Assembly (NCBI RefSeq): GCF_038025025.1
Contig: NW_027117350.1
Location: forward strand, 868,001-932,000
DNA: 64,000 bases
Source of the DNA: Phyllosticta citribraziliensis
Lineage: Eukaryota
Direction of reading: 5' to 3'
The stretch's first letter is position 1; each line of letters begins with the position of its first letter. Below, one piece after another: positions 23,361 through 34,100 of the stretch. The notes below the pieces were generated by a model. It was given only the letters and a program-made list of their open reading frames with translations. It was not told where the DNA came from and searched no databases. The position numbers and the translations under genes were made by a program.

Positions 23361-25448
23361 CTACCTTGTCTCCTCCTCATCATCCCTCAACCAACTCTTC
23401 TCCTCAGCCTGCCTCCTCCGCTTCTCCTCCCTCATCTCCTCCTGCCTTGCCTTGACCTCCCTAGCCCTTTTCTTATGCTTCTCCTCCTCGCCCCGCTTGG
23501 CCTTCAAGCGCTTCTTGCGCTCCTTGGACAGAATCTTGAGCTGCTCTCTGTTCAGGCGGTGCGTGATGCCCTTCTCGAAAGGAGCGTCGTAGTCGGCGTC
23601 GTCGTCGTCCTCGTCGTCCGCGTGCTCCGCCAGGTACTTCTCCTCCTCTGCCGCGCGCGCCAGCCGCTCCGCCCGCTCCTCCGCCGTCTCGTCCACCGTG
23701 TCCCACACCGACGCCTCGGGCACCGCTTCGCCGCGCAGCGCCGCGTTCATGGCGTCTTTGGCCTTCCGTCGGATCTCGCGGCGCTTGTGGCGCGTCGTCG
23801 TGTTGCCGTCGAACTCGGCCTGCTCGGCGATGCGGTGGCCAGCCTCGACGGCCGCGCGACGGCGTCGCCGGTCCTCTGCGCGCGCCGCCTGCTCTTGCGC
23901 CATGCGCTCGCGGTGCCACGCCGGAACGAACGCCTTGACGCCCACGCCCACCTCGTGCTCGTCGTACTTCTTCTTGCGCCACGTGAAGCCGAACTGCTCG
24001 TCGGCCGCGTAGGTCCGCCCCAGCGCAGCTTGCTCTTCGGCCCAGTCGGCTGTGCGCACGTCTGTCATGGCGTCCAGCCGGCACAGCGCGAGGCCGATGT
24101 TGCCGATGCCGTTGAGGAAGCGGCCGACGGCGCGGTTCTCGCGGCGGTGCGCGCGCAGCGCCTTGGCCACCTGCTTGGGATCTGGCTCCTCGCCTTCAGC
24201 CTCGCCCTCGGCCGGCTTGGGATAATCGGGTTCGCTGAAGAGACCTGCCGCCGGCCGGATGCCGCCGACGTTGCGATTGTCCTGCTCGCCGATTTCGTGC
24301 GCGGCCCAGAAGCCGCCCTCCTCTTTGACCAGCTCGAGAGTCGAGGGAGCCGTGGCAGCGTCGAGATTGTACAGACGCACTGGCAGCACGCGCTTGCGCA
24401 CGACGCCCGTGTGCTTGGTGCGGATGGTGAGTTCCTGCCCGACGTAGCAGCCCTTCTGGAAGTCGATGCCGCGCATGAGGTCCATGTTGCACTCGAGGGG
24501 CAGCGAGTCGCCGAGCAGGACCTCGTGCGGGCCCTCGGGCAAGCCCGTCAGAAAGCGGCGGATGTGATAGTGGTCGGTCGAGACGCGGGGGAGCGACTGC
24601 AGCGCGTGAATCTCCTGCAGCGGCAGCGGCAGCGCCCAGTCCGTCGTGCTCGACGGGCCCTTCCACGCCGGCGACGCCTTGTACTCGTCCGTCAGCGGCG
24701 CCACGAAGCGCGTGCCGAAGCCCGGAATGCGCGCGTCGGCCATGGTGATGAGCTCGCCCGGCTTGGGCAGATGGGGACGCTTGCCGCCGCCGCGTTGGTC
24801 GTCCTCCTCGCCGAACCCGGGGCCCCAGGCGCAAAAGACGCCGCGGTCGCGCGCGTATTCGAGCGTCACCTTGGCCCGCAGCCTATACCGCTTGAGCAGG
24901 AACATGGGCTGCGTGCCGAGCGCCTCGTCGAACTCGACGTAGCACGCGCGCACCGGCACGCCGTCCTTGTCCACCACCGTCGTCGGGTAGATGAAGGCGT
25001 CGAACATGACGCGCCCTTGCGCGTTCAGGATCCCCGTGTATAGTCCCCGGAACCCTTCTTCTATCTGCTTGGTCCACGACGGTATCCTGTTGGTCGTGAG
25101 CCCGTTTAGGAATGCCGTCGCCATCTCTCCGGCGACGCAGATGATTCTTCGGTGCGGCAGAGGCGCGATGCCGGCGGGTGCCGGCGAAGTGGGCGGATCG
25201 CGAGTGATCGATCCATGTTGCTCTGGAGACGTGGGAGAGGTGTCGGAGGTAGCAGAGTCGTTCGTGGTGGTAGTGGTGGTGGTGGCGAAGCTGCGGAAGC
25301 TGGTGGTCGGTGACGCGATGAAAGCTGCGGCCGAACCTTGTCGAGGTGCGAGTGGGCACGCAGTGCTCAAACTCCAAAGTCGGCGCGGCGGGCGAATGAG
25401 GGATGCGTTCAGCGATCGGACGCCCGCTGGGCGAAGTCGCGCTGGCAT
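23361..25448 (-). CDS. IBA57: Mitochondrial Iba57/Caf17 (YgfZ/GcvT-like Fe-S assembly factor), 695 aa
   Basis: Arg/Ser-rich presequence MPARLRPAGVRSL...; FLNGLTTN, LNAQGRV, RYRLRAKV, PLECNMDLMRGIDFQKGCYVGQELTIRTKHTGVVRKR signature, GNIGLALCRL, VKAFVP. Confidence 0.93.
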   Translation of the reverse strand: MPARLRPAGVRSLNASLIRPPRRLWSLSTACPLAPRQGSAAAFIASPTTSFRSFATTTTTTTNDSATSDTSPTSPEQHGSITRDPPTSPAPAGIAPLPHRRIICVAGEMATAFLNGLTTNRIPSWTKQIEEGFRGLYTGILNAQGRVMFDAFIYPTTVVDKDGVPVRACYVEFDEALGTQPMFLLKRYRLRAKVTLEYARDRGVFCAWGPGFGEEDDQRGGGKRPHLPKPGELITMADARIPGFGTRFVAPLTDEYKASPAWKGPSSTTDWALPLPLQEIHALQSLPRVSTDHYHIRRFLTGLPEGPHEVLLGDSLPLECNMDLMRGIDFQKGCYVGQELTIRTKHTGVVRKRVLPVRLYNLDAATAPSTLELVKEEGGFWAAHEIGEQDNRNVGGIRPAAGLFSEPDYPKPAEGEAEGEEPDPKQVAKALRAHRRENRAVGRFLNGIGNIGLALCRLDAMTDVRTADWAEEQAALGRTYAADEQFGFTWRKKKYDEHEVGVGVKAFVPAWHRERMAQEQAARAEDRRRRRAAVEAGHRIAEQAEFDGNTTTRHKRREIRRKAKDAMNAALRGEAVPEASVWDTVDETAEERAERLARAAEEEKYLAEHADDEDDDDADYDAPFEKGITHRLNREQLKILSKERKKRLKAKRGEEEKHKKRAREVKARQEEMREEKRRRQAEEKSWLRDDEEETR

Positions 25449-25680
25449 TTTGTGCCCGGGAGTGGAATGGTGGAAGCTATCGAAGTACTTTGGTCCAGCA
25501 CTACTTCTCAACCCGAAGTCCTAGCTCGGAGTTTGCACATCTAAACGCCGATTGGCTCACACCTCACAGCACATTGGTTTCCAGTGTCAATGTTTTGACG
25601 CGAATAATTTCTACCTTTTCGCACTCTTGAGCGAGTAAAAAGGGCTTCCCTAAGCCCGTAAAGTCTCTAATCCAGCGGCA

Positions 25681-25851
25681 CTATTTTCCAGCACCGTTGA
25701 CCACGCCATTGAGATAACCTAATAGGAAACTCTTGTCCGCCGGATTCGTCAAGCTGCTGTCACCTGCCCTTGCACCCGACCGCTGTTGACTTGACCCTGG
25801 TTTTGCCTGCTTGGGAAACGGGCTGACGGGGCTTCTGTGGCCGGAATGATC
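25681..25851 (-). other. Diverged in-frame tandem duplicate of the DCP2 3' coding end (56 codons + TAG) immediately after the DCP2 stop
   Basis: Translates as DHSGHRSPVSPFPKQAKPGSSQQRSGARAGDSSLTNPADKSFLLGYLNGVVNGAGK*. By hand alignment 41 of 56 aa are identical to 26064..25852, and both deletions are in frame. Confidence 0.92.
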
Positions 25852-28800
25852 CTATTTCCCTGCATCCTTAACCACGGCATTGAGATAACCCAGCAAGAAA
25901 GTCTTGTCCGCCGGATTCTTCGAACTGCTCACACTTGCCCTTGCACTCCTAACAGCTGCATCGGTAGAGGCAATGCTACTGATCCTCGACCGCTGTTGAC
26001 CTGACCCTGGATTCCCCTGCTTCTCTGGGAACGGGCTGACCGGGCTCACAAGGCCGGAGTGAACCTGCGGAGGACTTGAATTCGAGGCTGCCGTCTTTCC
26101 GAAAAGAGAGAGCAGATTGTTCCTTTGGTCGCTCGGCATGCTGTCTCTCCGGTCAAATGATTGCCTAGTGGACCTGACCTCTGAAGACTTCGCGTCGGCC
26201 TGAGGGCGGCGAAGAATCTGAGGGGCAAAAGGCTTCTGAGCTTCCGCCTTGGGGGTCTCAAGAGTGGGCTGCGGTTGCGACTGAGCTTGTTGCGATGGCC
26301 CGGGGCTAGGGCCAGGGACGTGCTTTGGACTCGGAGTGGCCGACACGTCGGGACGGGGACGAGTCAGGATGGAGAATTGCGGCGGCGCGGCCTTTTCCTG
26401 CTTCTTACGCGGCTTCGGTGATGCCCTCGGCGATGAGCGACCATTGGCACGTCCCATCTTGCCATTTTTGTTGCGCACAGCCTCGAAACTGGGTGTGTTC
26501 AAGGGACCCGAAACGGTTGCTGAGGTCAAGTCTCCTTGTCTTGTCTGCTGGACGTCGAGATGAGGAACGTTTTTCTGGATAGGCTCAGCAGCATTTTGTC
26601 GCTCTATGCTGGGGCTAACAGCGGAGAGTTCGGCTGGCTCACTGCCGGTCGGAGGAGCAAGTGTTTGCTGCGGCAATGCTGTCGGGCTAGTCTGTGAAGG
26701 CTTCCTGAAGAGACTCAGCAAAGCATTCTGTTGCTCGTTCCTTGGCTTGGTTGCTATCAGGACAGGTGGTGGTTGGCCATCGATGATGCCTTCGTTGGGT
26801 TTTGGCTGTGCAGATGCGCTTTCCAGACCCTGAGGTGCCAATCTGAGCGGCAGAGGCGACTGCTGCTCCTCAGGGCGCTTGTAGATCTCAGCGGCAGCGG
26901 TGAATGGTTTCATGGTAGGCGGAACAGGAGAGTGAGACTCTGGCTTCTCATCTGCTTTGTCGCTCCTGAACTCGTGCAAAAGCCCGGCGCCTTGGGGATT
27001 CGCCCGAGGAGCCGGCAATTTGGAAGCAGGGGGGACGATTGGAGGAGCAGTTGTCTGATGTGGGACCGGAGCAAACTTGGGATCTCCCGTCATATGGTAA
27101 GGCCTAGCTGCGTGCGACGGCATCTGTTGGAATCCTGGATGTACAGCCCTATGCGGCTGAGAAAACGGAGGACGCTGATGCTGCTGCCAGTTGGGGAAGT
27201 TGACCTGAGGAGGACGGAAACCGGCACCAGGGGACATCATTTGATTCAGGGGCCCAATGGGCAAGTTGTTCCTAAATTGATTTTGTCCAAAATGGGGGTG
27301 GAGACGTGGTCCTTGTGGCGGCATGCGATGTTGAGGACCTCCCGGGTGCGGTGATGAATGTTGAACATGGGGTAGATGCGCTGGTGAGTATGGAAACGAT
27401 GGTGGAGGTTGCATGCTTTGGAAAGGTGGGGGACGAGGATGCTGATGATGAGGAGTACCTGGCTCTCCAGGCGTTGCAGTAATCTGGTCAAAGGGCGTTG
27501 CCGGTGGCATGCTGGCAGAGGCTGAGACACCTGACGATGGACCAGCATTGCCTTTGAGAATCTTCAACAGAGGGTTTTCAGGTTCGACTGTGGCGGTTGC
27601 AGTCGACAGAGACATTGATGTGGAGGTTATTGTAGCAGCAGGGCCTTGTCCATTGACGCTCAGCAAACGCTTGAGCTCCGAGGCTGCGTCAGACACCGGC
27701 TGAGGGCTTGCGGCCACTTCCGCAGAATTCGCTGCTTCTGACTGTGCTTTGTTGCCCCGAAGGCCAGCCAACAGTCGTTCAAGGTGCCCGTCTGGAACAG
27801 CGGGCAGCGGTGGTACCGGCTCAGCAGCAGATTCGGTGGCCTCGTCTGCCTCAATGTCTGCAGCCGATTGCTCGACCATGCTGACTTGTGCGCTTCGTCT
27901 TTCATTTTTCCTTTGCTGTTTGATCCAGCCCTTGAGTGGACCCAAGAATGGTGCTACCATGTAGAACATGTTCTCCTTGAGCAAGCCTTCTCCAGTTCCT
28001 TGAGCTTGTCTGGACTTTCTCAACGTCGGGAGCTCGGAGAGTTTGTACCAAGAGATTTTCTGTGGCTAGTCAACAGTCTGCAAAAGACATGGAGCCGCGA
28101 TCCTTACGCTAATCTCCTTGCGCGTGCGTGGCTCGAATGGATAGTCCATGGGTACTCCGCGAAAGACGTAAAGTCGCATGTGTTGTTCCCTCATGGAAAC
28201 ATCAAGGTACTTCATTTGCGACTCTTCCTTGACGAGACCATCCTGTCGAGCATCATAGCCAGTCTCTTCGTAGACTTCTCTAACCGCACAGTCCAGGTCG
28301 TTTTCGTCCTTGTTGATCTTGCCCCTGGGGAAGCTCCATCTGGCGCCCTTTTTCCATCCTTTGACGAGGACAACTTGATCCATGTCATCGTTGAGAAGGA
28401 TTGCGCCCCGAACGGGAACACGCGTCTTGTATGCGAGGAATTCGGAGTAGGCGGCCAGGTGGTCGCTTTCCGAGAATTGGGAGAAAAGCGGACAGTGTTG
28501 GAAAATGAGGAGGCAAAACTGCCTAAGGTTCAACGAGGGGAGCGAGGGGTCGAGAGGTCGTATAAAATCCTCGTAGAACCAATGGGCTTCCTCGACCTGG
28601 AAGCATATTCGTTCTACCGATTCGAGTTCTTCTTGGGGAAGGTTAACAATGAAGCGAACGCATAGATCATCGAGCCCTGGTAGACAATGGCATTAGCATT
28701 TTGACTTTCTCCATTCGGAAAAGCTAAACGGCATGCATGTGCAAAGGTGAAGATGGCTTATTTCACCCCGAGGCGGCGCAGCAGCGGGAGAGGCGACGGG

Positions 28801-28890
28801 TGCAAATGGCCAACGGGGTGGCTGTGAGCGGGCAGTGGAAGAGGAGGAGATATCCTTACAGTCAACTAGCCGCATCTTTGTCTCTGCCAT
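25852..28890 (-). CDS. DCP2: mRNA-decapping enzyme catalytic subunit Dcp2, 935 aa; join(28890..28860,28676..28108,28059..25852)
   Basis: Box A WLDDLCVRFIVNLPQEELESVERICFQVEEAHWFYEDF; YKTRVPVRGAI; Nudix box GKINKDENDLDCAVREVYEETG; FEPRTRKEISKISW across intron 2; disordered tail with repeated LLxL-type helical motifs. Confidence 0.95.
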
Positions 28891-29975
28891 ATTGACCAGT
28901 GTCTCTGAGCATATCCGCGCCAAACGGGATGGTGGGCAGCGATGGAGGGACACAGCCGCGGGCAGGCGAGTCTACCCCGCAGAAGTGGGAGATCAAACTC
29001 AGCGAGCGAGGGCGAGGGGTCGACGGGGTGGTCTGGATGGATGGGTACAGCCACGCTCGGGCGATGCTGACGGGCAGGTCTAGGGTGGTGGAGGAGAGCG
29101 GGAGAGACCAACGTCGGGTGTTGTCGTTGGCGGCGGCCACAGTGGAGCACAGCACACGGACGCGGCGGCGAGAGCGGACCGGGAAGCTTTAGCCACAGAC
29201 TCGCGACCTGGAGGCTGGAGGCCGTGGCGTGGCTGTGCACAGCCTCCTACTTGCGGTGCCCACGGCCGTGCATGATGCGTGACCGTCACTGGTGCTCGAC
29301 GCCAATCAGTCCCGCCAGCTTCGTGCTCATGGTCTCGCATCTGGCCGCCTGGCCGCCCCAATCCTGACCGTCGAGTCGGCGCCATGCTTAGGCTGTGGCG
29401 AACAGGATCCCGTCGTCGGGGTGAGCTGTGCTGTCCTGCTGCACTGGACGTTGGGCGCGACAAGCGCGACAGCTCCTCCTCATCGGATGTCCTGCTGTTA
29501 AAAGCTACGTCATTCATCTCATCATTCCCATTCCTTGCCTGCACTGGAATCCCACCCACCATTGCTGGCAGCCATCTAAATACTCGTCTTGCGCGGCCTC
29601 TTCTGACCCATTCCCTCGCCATCCACCCATCTTCTTTCACCCTCTGCCACGACGCCCCGGCCCGCTCCACCTCTTGTTTATTCTGGGCGCCGTGTCCTGC
29701 ATTGCGCGGCGCTTAACAGTGACACCGTTTCAAAGACAATCGTGGCCGACCAAACGCTCCCTTCGACCCTTTTCTATCGTGGCCGCTCCCGTGCGTTTGC
29801 CAGATCTCTCGGATCGGTATAAGAACCCTGTCGACCGTTTTCTCGACCAAGCGACATTCCCTCTCTCGCAACTTCACCGAACCCTACCAGCGATCGCCGA
29901 CCCTCTACCCCGTCATCCCTCACCGCGCCACCAACACCTTGGCGCGCAACCTCATTGGTCAATTCCGCCCTCACA

Positions 29976-30852
29976 ATGACGACCGCCATTGGCAAATACG
30001 CTTTCAAGAGGGTTGTCACGCAAAAGACGAAGAACTCAAAGAATCAAAGGGACCCGTACGAAGAATGGGTGAGCACACACCTCAGTTCGCGCGCTCGTCA
30101 TGATCCAAAACTAACTCGCGTCCAGGATCCTTACTACGAGTGGGTCAGGGATCCCAAATCAGGAAAGCACAAAAAGGTCAAGAAAGATGTCGCCAGCTAC
30201 ATTCCCGAGCACGATGCCGCCATCCTCAGGAAAGTCCGCAAGCGCGCGCGTTTGCTCGACAGCTGCTTCAACCTTGGCATCACCCGCGCCGGCCTGAGCA
30301 GCATCATTGGGCTCGTTCCTGGGTAAGTCCCGCCGCTTCCTGCCCTTCAGCACCACGAAACTAACACGGTGCAGTGTCGGTGACGTTAGCGACGTTCTCC
30401 TCGCCATGTACATCTGGAACATGTGCGCCAAGGTCGACGGCGGCCTCTCCGGATCCGAACACATGAAAATGGCGCAAAACATTGCCATCGACGGCGCCAT
30501 TGGCCTAGTCCCCATCATTGGCGACATTGCCGACACGGCCTTCAAGGCCAACATCCGCAACTTGAAGGTGCTCGAAAAGCACCTCGAGAAGAAGTACGGC
30601 GCCACCGCCAAATCGAAGAGGCACCAGAGGTCGGCAGGCGATGACTACTACTCCGACGACGACGCTGCCTCGACTCCACCACGCCGTCATGACAGGAGGG
30701 GCCGCCGATACGATTCTTTGGACTATGATCGATCTCGTCCCACTTCGAGAGACATAACTCGCCGTGGTGATGTGGACAGGCGCGACCGCTACGCCGACGA
30801 AGAGCTCGGTCGACGCGACACCCAGCGCAGCTCAAGGCGCAGGGGATACTGA
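29976..30852 (+). CDS. DUF4112 family membrane protein, 255 aa; join(29976..30068,30126..30322,30375..30852)
   Basis: HDAAILRKVRKRARLLD...GLSSIIGLVPGVGD...MAQNIAIDGAIGLVPIIGDIADTAFKANIRNL is the DUF4112 pattern. Two canonical introns with CTAAC branch sites. Confidence 0.88.
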
Positions 30853-30924
30853 GTCGACACAACCCCTTGAACAATGGACATGCAGTAGAGACTGCACAAC
30901 ACTAATGATTCGGTGGTCAGAGAT

Positions 30925-31061
30925 ATTTCCTTTGTGATTTCCTTTTTTTTTGCTTTTCCTCATAGCGCACGGCAGTGATTCCCGCGGTCCTTGATCGGTC
31001 TGAGCATTTCCTTTGTACCGGGGCCTCTTTTTCTTTCATATAGCGTACGGCAGTGATTCCC
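30925..31061. repeat. Imperfect direct repeat, about 80-bp period
   Basis: ATTTCCTTTGT at 30925 and 31006; ATAGCG(C/T)ACGGCAGTGATTCCC at 30962 and 31040. Confidence 0.8.
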
Positions 31062-31672
31062 TTGGTGTGTCTGCTGAAACGGCCTCCCACCACTCGAAAA
31101 TTTTCCCTTCTTCTGTAGACATAGCTTCGTAGCAATGCGAGTCGTGGACTTGATCCATTCAATTTCTCCGTTTCCTCAGTGCTCAATGGCTTGCTGAAGT
31201 AGGCAATACGCAAACAATCATTCTTGCGATCTGCGCACCTCTGCCATGCCTGGCTTGCCAGCAGGGGCCAAGCGAGCGCTTGTTGACGGACAGTCGCCCT
31301 GCATACCGCGTGCTTCAGGGGAAGGGCTGGAAGCGAACGAATGAGATGCTAAGCGCCGCCGCGCAAGGCTGCGGCGAAGCGCGCGCTCGCGCAGTCGACG
31401 ACATGCAGGCCCACTGCCCGCCCGTCCGTACCAAGTAGCTGGCCGTCTGTCTGGCTATGGGGCTAAACAATGCCTGTCGACCATCATCCAGCCAAGCAGC
31501 GAGCCCGTGTTGCGCACTTCGGCGGGGAGTTGAATGGAAGAAAGAAAAGGGTTGGAGCCGCTGCATTTGCTGCCGTGTATCTGCATCTCATCGTTTTCTG
31601 TTCTTCTTTTGCTGGTTTTGTTTGTTGTTTGTGTGTTAGCTGGTAGTTGGCGGCATGTTTCTCGCTCTCTGC

Positions 31673-34100
31673 ATGCACATCCCCATCCTCCTCTCTCTCG
31701 CCGCAACCACGAATGCCCTACCCCTACCCACCGGCCTCTCACTCTCCGGCCTCGACGCAACCTCCACCTCCACCTCCACATCGCCAAACACCAGCACTCC
31801 CACCGCGGACCCCGCATGGGCCGCCTCCCCCACGCAGCGCGGGACATACCAGCTGCTCCTGGGCTGCCTCACGACGCTCTCGCTGTGCGCCTGGACGGCG
31901 TACCACCCGAACGTGCGGGCCAGCAGGGGCGCAGCGCGCGCGCTGGGCCGGCGCGGCGCGTGGATGCTGGCGGCCGTCGTCGCGCCCGAGGTTGTGCTGT
32001 ATTATGCGTGGGAGCAGCGGTGGATGGCGGCGTTGCTGAGAAGGAAAGTTGGGAGGTTGGGGGGGAGGGCGGTGCGTGGGTTTGCGGTTGGGGGTGAGAG
32101 GGCGAGGGCGAGGGCTGCTGCGGAGGTAAGTGTGTTTTGCTTCTTTGTGGGGTTGAGGTTTGGTGAGGGAGAGATTGATTTGTGGGTGGGAGACAAGGAA
32201 GAGTTGGATTGGGGCGTGCGGGTCTTGCGTCTCTTCGGACGTGGAGTGGAGTGTGGTGGAGTGGAGTGGAGCGGGAAAAAGGGGGTAGACAAGAGCAGCA
32301 TGCGAGGCCTTGGGAGACGGGAGATGAGAAGTGTTTGACCACCTACCTTCAAGATTGGACTGACCCGCCGCCGCCGCCGCCGCCGCCGCCGACCCCGATC
32401 TTTCAGAGCCAGTCTCGGCCCCCTTTTTGTGTTCTTGTACTAAGTGTCGTGGTTATAGGAAAACGAACATACCTTGACCAGATGTGCGAGTGCACCTACA
32501 TTCGCAAGTCCATCTTCAACCCTGTACGACGACAGGCGCTCGGTACTTTCCCTCCCGTTCGAATCCAGCGCATCAAAAAGTCCGGAGAGCGAACAGCAAT
32601 CAGGAAGTGCAAACGGCAAACCCCAAAGTCCGTTCATGAGGTTCAGTTTCGAAGAGTCAGACAGAACCGAATGGCAGCACAAAGAATCCGCGCAACCAAG
32701 GCCACATCGCCGCACGACCGAGCCGCCATTCACGCCCTGGACGCTTCAACAGAGCCTGTTCGCCGTCTGTGGCGGCATCGCCGTCGACACGTCGTCCTTC
32801 TGGGACGCCGCTCAAGTGACGCTGACGCCTCGGGGTCTTCTGGTGCTCGCCAGGGCCGGCCTGCTGCCGCAAGTGGCGGACGAAGAGATAACAGAGAAAA
32901 GCAAGGCCAACACCGCGGCCAAGATTTTGGTTTGCATACAGGCCGGCTGGTTCCTCGTGCAGGCCGTGGCGCGACTGGCGCAGAAGCTGCCGCTCACGCT
33001 GCTCGAGGTGCATGTTTTGGCCCACGTGCTGTGCGCGTTGGCGATGTATTTTTGCTGGGTTGATAAGCCGTACGATGTTGAGATGCCGGTTGTGGTCAGA
33101 GATGAGCGAGTAAAAGATTTGGTTTCGCTGTTTGTGCTTGACGCTGGGGGGAGCAAAGTAAGTCAATCTGCCTTAGGAACCTGGAAGCCTTAAGCCCTGA
33201 TAGTCTTCTAACGCGCAAGTTCTCAAGGCCGTGCTAGACCGCCTCGTTCGGCCCATCCCGATGAGCGAAATTCGGAACCGACATAGGCCGCGAAAGTGGG
33301 TGAGAGATCCAAGCGTCAAAGCTCCGCGATTCAGATTCAAGATGGACTGGCCTTCCGATATCGATGACGGCGCCGACGGGGAGAGCGACGAAGTCTCGGA
33401 CGATGAGCAAGCAGTTGAAGTCGAGCGCGAGCCGCCCACACCGCAGGAGCTCGCCCGCATGCAAGAACACCACAAACGGGTCAACCGCGGCCTCGACTAC
33501 TTGCGCAACCGATACCTCCAAGCTGTGGCCTGTCGGGGCGACGGCGAGATGCCTCCCGAGCCACAACTATACTTTGAGCGGACATCGTCGAGCGCAAAAT
33601 GGAAATACATCGTGAACGAGCGGAGCAATCGAAAGATTGAGGGAGCGTTTGCAAAGAAAGACAAAGAATTCGGCAGGTTTGACAAGGCATTCTCCATCAT
33701 CAGCGCAATTTATGGCACTCTCCATTTGTCTGCATGGAACGAACATTTCCCGTCCACGGCCGAATGTTGGATGTGGCGCGTGGGTGCGCTGTGCATGGTG
33801 GTGGCGCCGTCTCTGTACCAAGCTCACAGTTTCGTCGAGCCTCTTCTTGACCGAGCCAGAGTGCCACCGAGGGATGAGTGGGTGCGCGCAACATGGCTCT
33901 TCTGGATTGCCAAAGTCGCGAGGTTGATGCTGGTCATGTTTGTTGAGTTGCCTCTCATCGTGATTGGATTCGTCGCCACGGCCGGCTGGGGCTATGGGCG
34001 TTTGTTCATGCTTGTGGAAAGTTTCGTCAGTCTCAGATCTCCTCCTGTCGATACATATCGTATTCCCGAGTGGAGCAGTTATTTCCCTCATGCAGGGTAA
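31673..34100 (+). CDS. Uncharacterised conserved fungal multi-pass membrane protein, about 674 aa; join(31673..32125,32459..33157,33228..34100)
   Basis: Blocks familiar from a widespread hypothetical fungal family: RGT..LLLGCLTTLSLCAWTAYHPNV, WTLQQSLFAVCGG, EITEKSKANTAAKILVCIQAGWF, LTLLEVH...KPYDV, YGTLHLSAWNEHFPS..E..MWR, RLFMLVESFVSLR...Y..PEWSSYFPH. Two phase-0 GTAAGT introns; the second acceptor is AAG. Exon boundaries moderately certain. Confidence 0.78.

Noticed and set aside
23256..25043. 595-aa plus-strand ORF antisense to IBA57
   Set aside because: Shadow ORF caused by high GC3 codon usage on the coding strand; no start context or recognisable motif.
27784..28665. 293-aa ORF antisense to DCP2
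   Set aside because: Antisense shadow of conserved exons with no independent support.
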